Source of the DNA: a virus
Taxonomy: Duplodnaviria > Caudoviricetes
Length of the DNA: 64,000 nucleotides
Virus record (IMG/VR): IMGVR_UViG_3300032007_000009
Direction: 5' to 3' (one strand)
Shown: positions 59,779 to 64,000 of the stretch, piece after piece
Position numbering within the stretch: position 1 is the stretch's first letter
How the letters are laid out: every line of letters starts with the position of its first letter
Position numbers and translations under genes: made by a program
Notes under the pieces: generated by a model
Seen by the model: the letters and a program-made list of their open reading frames with translations, nothing else
What the model was told of the DNA's origin: nothing
The model's database searches: none

Positions 59779-60278
59779 TACTTTATATCATTTAAGAAAT
59801 CTTTCAATTCTTGAAGATGTTCTTGTTCATCAGCAAGTATTTCTTTTAATTTTGAATTTGATGTTGGATCTACATCTTCAGTCAATTTAACTAATTCCTC
59901 ATATGTTTCAATTGCACCTTCTTCATTTTTTATATTATCTTCTAACGATTTCTTAATATCAATATTATCTTTTGACCATGTAGGAGCAATATATTTATGA
60001 TTAGCTGTTTCCCAAGAATTTGGAGACATTGATATATCTTCAATTGTACCACCAAGTTGATTAATACGTTTCATTAACCAATAACCATGATCCTCTAATT
60101 CATCTTTAGCTGTATCTTCATAGAATTTTTCAATGTCTTTACGGTCTGTTCCTTTTAACCATTCTTTAACAATTACATAACCGTACCATGCATTAAGTTC
60201 TTCTTTAAGTGCATTTTTCATTGCATCAATTATTTTTGAACCTTCTGCTTCATTAACGAATGTCAATAAATTTTTCAT
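59778..60278 (-). CDS. Ferritin-like DPS-like (DPSL) protein with CTS-like leader
   Basis: 'EELNAWY.Y', 'DELEDH...KRI.QLGG', 'E..AI.TY', 'ILADEQEH' di-iron motifs. Confidence 0.85.
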   Translation of the reverse strand: MKNLLTFVNEAEGSKIIDAMKNALKEELNAWYGYVIVKEWLKGTDRKDIEKFYEDTAKDELEDHGYWLMKRINQLGGTIEDISMSPNSWETANHKYIAPTWSKDNIDIKKSLEDNIKNEEGAIETYEELVKLTEDVDPTSNSKLKEILADEQEHLQELKDFLNDIK

Positions 60279-60386
60279 TATAATATAACTTAAATTATTC
60301 TATTTTATAAAAATAAAATTAGTAAATTAAAATAAAATAAGTTTATATTAACTTTTATAAATTATCAAGAAAATTTTAATAATATA

Positions 60387-60433
60387 TTGAAATTTTATAA
60401 TTAATTACTATATTATATTTGTAATCAAACAAA
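60387..60433 (+). promoter_or_regulatory. Putative early promoter TTGAAA-N13-TACTATATTATATTTGTAAT
   Basis: Near-identical to the 33281 copy; heads a plus-strand block. Confidence 0.65.
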
Positions 60434-60439
60434 TAGAAT

Positions 60440-60676
60440 ATGTATAAGTGGAAAATTATTAATGGTACTTATCTTGAACAAGACAGCAAAATTGATGAGA
60501 TGACGGATAATAATGCTAAGCTTGGTGATACCTTGTATTATTGTTATCGTAGAACTTGGGGATTATTTTGGAAATTACGTCGTATTCTTAATCAGCAGGA
60601 TTATGATAGACTTTGTGAAAATACCCAGTTTGACGGTAAAAATGTTCGTGAATTGTTTTATCATGTAAATTTCTAA
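60440..60676 (+). CDS. Hypothetical protein
   Basis: First ORF after promoter. Confidence 0.6.
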   Translation: MYKWKIINGTYLEQDSKIDEMTDNNAKLGDTLYYCYRRTWGLFWKLRRILNQQDYDRLCENTQFDGKNVRELFYHVNF

Positions 60677-60680
60677 AAAT

Positions 60681-61148
60681 ATGAAGCTTAGTGAGGTTAA
60701 TAATTTGAAGATTGGAGATATTATTTATAGTTTTCTTGGCAAAGAATTTAATATTTATAAAGTTACAAATATTTGTAATTTTACACACGAGTTGACTGTT
60801 TGTATTGAGTCAACTAATAATGTAAAAAACGTAGAAAACTATAAAATTATTAATATTCCAACAAAGCCTGAATATAATACTCCTAATTATGGGTACGAGT
60901 TTACCACGATGGACACGGATTTGAATACTGCTTATCAGAATTATTCTGAGTCTATTAACCATCAAATTCGTGAGCTAATAGGTACTCGAGCAAATCTTAA
61001 AGGATTAAAACGTCAGTATATGTTATCGTTTGATATGATTCCTGAAGAGGAGAAAATATGTAAGGAAAGTGGATTTAAATCAGAAAGGGATTACAAAGAA
61101 TATCTTAATGATATATATGACGATATAAAACATGGTTATATAGGATGA
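60681..61148 (+). CDS. Hypothetical protein
   Basis: ORF in co-oriented run. Confidence 0.6.
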   Translation: MKLSEVNNLKIGDIIYSFLGKEFNIYKVTNICNFTHELTVCIESTNNVKNVENYKIINIPTKPEYNTPNYGYEFTTMDTDLNTAYQNYSESINHQIRELIGTRANLKGLKRQYMLSFDMIPEEEKICKESGFKSERDYKEYLNDIYDDIKHGYIG

Positions 61149-61501
61149 TTAAACAAGAACGATTACAATTAGAAGATTCAAATCCAAGTGAATTCTTTTA
61201 TGAAGTAATTAAGAAATATGGATTTGAAGGAATTGGACCGTATGGAGAAAATAGATGTCGTTCAGTATGTAAAGAAATATGTACTGATGATAAATATCTT
61301 CATCCAGTAGATGATTTTATACATGAAATGTTAATACAAGATGTATTAGTTGCATTTTATTATGAACGTCGTACTTCATGGAATTTTATTGAAGCTACTT
61401 ATGGAGTTATTCCTGAAGGTTTGAAACTTGCAAAGAAAAGATTAAGAGCAGCACTTAAAGATTCAGATCATCCTGTATATGGGAGAAAAAATAAATTATA
61501 A
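61145..61501 (+). CDS. Hypothetical protein
   Basis: Coupled ORF. Confidence 0.6.
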   Translation: MIKQERLQLEDSNPSEFFYEVIKKYGFEGIGPYGENRCRSVCKEICTDDKYLHPVDDFIHEMLIQDVLVAFYYERRTSWNFIEATYGVIPEGLKLAKKRLRAALKDSDHPVYGRKNKL

Positions 61502-61510
61502 TAATACATT

Positions 61511-61702
61511 ATGAATAAATATAATAAAGTTATAAAAATTTTAATGGAACGTGATGGAATATCTGCAGAAGAAGCACGTTCATTGGTTAAAGAAACTCGT
61601 GATGAATTATTGTCATTAGATAATCCTCTTGAAGCAGATAACATCATTATGGAATATTTAGGTTTGGAACCAGATTATATTTTTGATATTATTAATTTTT
61701 AA
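61511..61702 (+). CDS. Small phage protein (LMERDG...GLEPDY)
   Basis: ORF with a motif I recognise from other small phage proteins. Confidence 0.65.
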   Translation: MNKYNKVIKILMERDGISAEEARSLVKETRDELLSLDNPLEADNIIMEYLGLEPDYIFDIINF

Positions 61703-61914
61703 ATTTAAATAAAATGAGAGACGATAAGAAAAAGAAGGATAATGAGGGATTTGGATTGTATCTGAATCATGAGGGTATTAATTTTGGCTATGGTATTGGT
61801 TGTGGAACATTTTTTGATGATGACGGAATTCATTTTGGCGGTTTGAAACTATAAACTGCATATGATGTATCATTTAAAAAATATAAGTTATTTACACCAG
61901 GTATTTGATTTAAT

Positions 61915-62223
61915 ATGAATAAACAATTTAAATATTTTAAAACAGAAGGTAACATTATTTATCCAGATAATCAAATGTTAACTTGGGGTCCATTTTATTT
62001 TCATTCAATAGATAAAGCAAAAGAAAAAATGAATGAAATAATGGATTGGATTATTAATTGGGTAAATACAAAAGATAATACATTAAATATTCAACCCAAA
62101 GATATAGTTAAAAGCTCATGTAATACAATGATTGCATTTAATATTAAAGCTTGGGAAGATGAACAAAATTTACAAGATTGTAAAGGAATAATTACTGTTG
62201 ATAATATATTTTTTGAAGACTAA
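61915..62223 (+). CDS. Hypothetical protein
   Basis: ORF in co-oriented run. Confidence 0.6.
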   Translation: MNKQFKYFKTEGNIIYPDNQMLTWGPFYFHSIDKAKEKMNEIMDWIINWVNTKDNTLNIQPKDIVKSSCNTMIAFNIKAWEDEQNLQDCKGIITVDNIFFED

Positions 62224-62233
62224 TAAATTTAAT

Positions 62234-62614
62234 ATGAAATATTCAATATTTGATTCATTTAGGTGTAATGAAGATTTGTTTTATACAATATATGATTATC
62301 TTCGTTTTGAGAAACCTGAGAAGTGGAATTTTATTCATTCAATAGATGATTTTAATTTTATGCTTCCTGAAGAAGTAAAAGATCTTGCTAAAGATGCAGT
62401 TAACTGGCTCGAGACTTTTGTTTCTTCAATTAACGGATATGATGTAGATTCAATTGCAAAGAATACTTTATATTATATGACTCTTTCATATATGAATAGT
62501 CATGTTGAATATTATGGAACTCCTGCTTATAGTTGTCGTGATGCTGAAGATCGTAAGAAAGTATCAATTAAGACAATTGAATGGCTTCGTGATTGTATTA
62601 ATAAAATAGGTTAA
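62234..62614 (+). CDS. Hypothetical protein
   Basis: ATG at 62234 preferred. Confidence 0.6.
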   Translation: MKYSIFDSFRCNEDLFYTIYDYLRFEKPEKWNFIHSIDDFNFMLPEEVKDLAKDAVNWLETFVSSINGYDVDSIAKNTLYYMTLSYMNSHVEYYGTPAYSCRDAEDRKKVSIKTIEWLRDCINKIG

Positions 62615-62896
62615 GATGCTGATATATTGTGGAAATAATCCAATTATACTTCCAGGGTGTCCAACACCAAATAATGGTAATAATGATAATGAAGATATAA
62701 CATGGAAAGATATTATTATTTCACTTATAATTATTGCAGTTGTTAGTTTTATAATTTATAAACTTTTAGAATATGGCTTATATCATTAGTGACTCAGAAC
62801 TTGAACGTATTTGTGAACGTTCAGAACAGACATGTAATTGTGATTGTTATCATTGTGAAGCTTATTGGGCAAATTATAGATATCATAACAATTAAT

Positions 62897-63226
62897 ATGA
62901 AACAATACGAATTAAGAGATCTTGAAACTGGTAAGGAATATATTGTTGCTTATCATAATAAATACAAATGGATTCCTTGTATTGTTAAAGTAGTCAAAGA
63001 ATATACTGTAAAGTTTATTCGTCCACAAAATCAGACACATTCTCCAATTGAGTTTGATATGGAATATACAATTACAAATTTTTGGTACGAGCATCGTGGA
63101 ATTGACTTATTTGGTAATAAATTTAGAATACTGAATACATTTGAAACATTTGGATTGTGCCAAGCATGGTGTGAATTTGAAAACAGTATAAACGATTATA
63201 TTGAAAACAATGGAACGGAATTTTAA
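62897..63226 (+). CDS. Hypothetical protein
   Basis: ATG at 62897 (MKQYELRD) preferred. Confidence 0.6.
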   Translation: MKQYELRDLETGKEYIVAYHNKYKWIPCIVKVVKEYTVKFIRPQNQTHSPIEFDMEYTITNFWYEHRGIDLFGNKFRILNTFETFGLCQAWCEFENSINDYIENNGTEF

Positions 63227-63836
63227 AAATTATATAAGAGTAAAAATTTTTAATAGTGATTGGCATTGTGAAGAAATTGAAGATTATGAAGTTATATTTG
63301 ATAAATATAAGAGAATTAATGTAATGGGTCATGCATCTTATGGACGTTGGTTTGAATATAAAGGACGTTCAATAAATCAACTTAAAAAGATGCTTGATGA
63401 TATTACAGTAAAACCAAGAGGTGAATACGTTACACCTACAGATTGGAAATATAGAGATTGCTTTATTGAAGTAATTGATATATGCATTCCTGATAATCCT
63501 AAAGAGAATGAAATTTTTGACCAGTTTGATGATTTATATCTTGGGTGTTGTGATGAGGCAATTATATTTTTGCTCCCAGAATTGAAAAAATTTATTAATG
63601 AAAACATAAAAAAAGAACCTAACGCGGTTGTAAATTTTCCTGAAAGAATTAATTTGGAATTTCCTCGTTGGAGTTTCTTTAATATTGAAGGGGAATATGG
63701 TTATAATAAAACTGGAAAACCTCGTTGTAAGTTGAAACATTTTAGTTACAACCCAGGAGGAAGATTTTGGTTTAATGAAAGACATAATTTTACAAAGATT
63801 CAGAATCTAATTAAATTTTATGTTGAAAATGAATAA
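63210..63836 (+). CDS. Hypothetical protein
   Basis: ATG at 63210 preferred. Confidence 0.65.
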   Translation: MERNFKNYIRVKIFNSDWHCEEIEDYEVIFDKYKRINVMGHASYGRWFEYKGRSINQLKKMLDDITVKPRGEYVTPTDWKYRDCFIEVIDICIPDNPKENEIFDQFDDLYLGCCDEAIIFLLPELKKFINENIKKEPNAVVNFPERINLEFPRWSFFNIEGEYGYNKTGKPRCKLKHFSYNPGGRFWFNERHNFTKIQNLIKFYVENE

Positions 63837-64000
63837 GTGAACTAACACAACGCTAAAGACGTTGTATCTTCCTGCTTAGCAAGGTTGCTTACAAATTTCT
63901 TATATGCAATCTTTACAGGTCCTTTTATACTTGTTTGATCCGTCCCTGACCTATCAAGTTTATTATTTTGAAGATAGAAATATATCATGTTATTTGCTGC
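63837..64000 (-). mobile_element. Right end of an IS200/IS605- or IS607-type tnpB element (partial)
   Basis: Minus strand ends GAAGATACAACGTCTTTAGCGTTGTGTTAGTTCAC (hairpin plus TTCAC), typical of tnpB right ends. Confidence 0.7.
63842..64000 (-). CDS. tnpB: TnpB C-terminus (partial): AANNMIYFYL...KQEDTTSLALC*
   Basis: Open frame from window edge beginning 'AANNM' (tail of the DRDxxAAxN RuvC-III motif) and overlapping the end hairpin. Confidence 0.65.
   Translation of the reverse strand, partial: AANNMIYFYLQNNKLDRSGTDQTSIKGPVKIAYKKFVSNLAKQEDTTSLALC

Noticed and set aside
281-63785. Short antisense or overlapping ORFs in the track (for example 281..778, 4134..4331, 7673..7891, 11563..12022, 30807..31121, 35600..35950, 58224..59174 +, 63377..63785)
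   Set aside because: Shadows of better-supported genes on the other strand or frame, with no recognisable motifs
1-64000. Genome-wide TAG-to-Gln recoding as in canonical Lak phages
   Set aside because: Nearly all long genes, including late genes, are uninterrupted in code 11; only one internal TAG was found (kept as a finding)
1-64000. tRNA/rRNA genes and a reverse transcriptase
   Set aside because: No cloverleaf/T-loop sequences or YxDD RT ORF recognised by eye; tRNAscan-SE would be needed to confirm absence
63829-64000. IStron (group I intron plus tnpB) splicing out of a host gene
   Set aside because: The element is antisense to the flanking plus-strand genes and no intron core is visible in the window

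Overview
A 64-kb, very AT-rich segment of a large T4-related myophage. It is probably a Lak-like megaphage of a Bacteroidota/Prevotella-type host (inference from gene content). Long genes are open in the standard code. Plus-strand blocks hold early/metabolic genes (C5-MTase-like, GMP reductase, RtcB, RNA ligase, DinG-like helicase, RuvC-like resolvase, many small ORFs), several behind a TTGAAW-N13-TACTATATT promoter-like motif. Minus-strand blocks hold virion/late genes (baseplate gp6/gp25-like, endolysin, BspA LRR, Cthe_2159 beta-helix), and hairpins sit at four convergent junctions. Highlights: (1) a ~12-kb cytosine hypermodification locus (dNMP kinase, gp42-type dCMP modifier, three NTP-transferase domains, two kinase domains, two HAD phosphatases, one GT-A and two GT-B-like transferases); (2) 14 minus-strand proteins with a T4-type 10-residue capsid-targeting leader (MK..E10), including a DPS-like ferritin, DUF285 repeat proteins and a GNAT-like protein; (3) a DGR-type target gene split by one in-frame TAG; (4) a RimK-RimB fusion; (5) the 3' end of a tnpB element at the window edge. 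All calls come from motif recognition by eye; no database searches were run.
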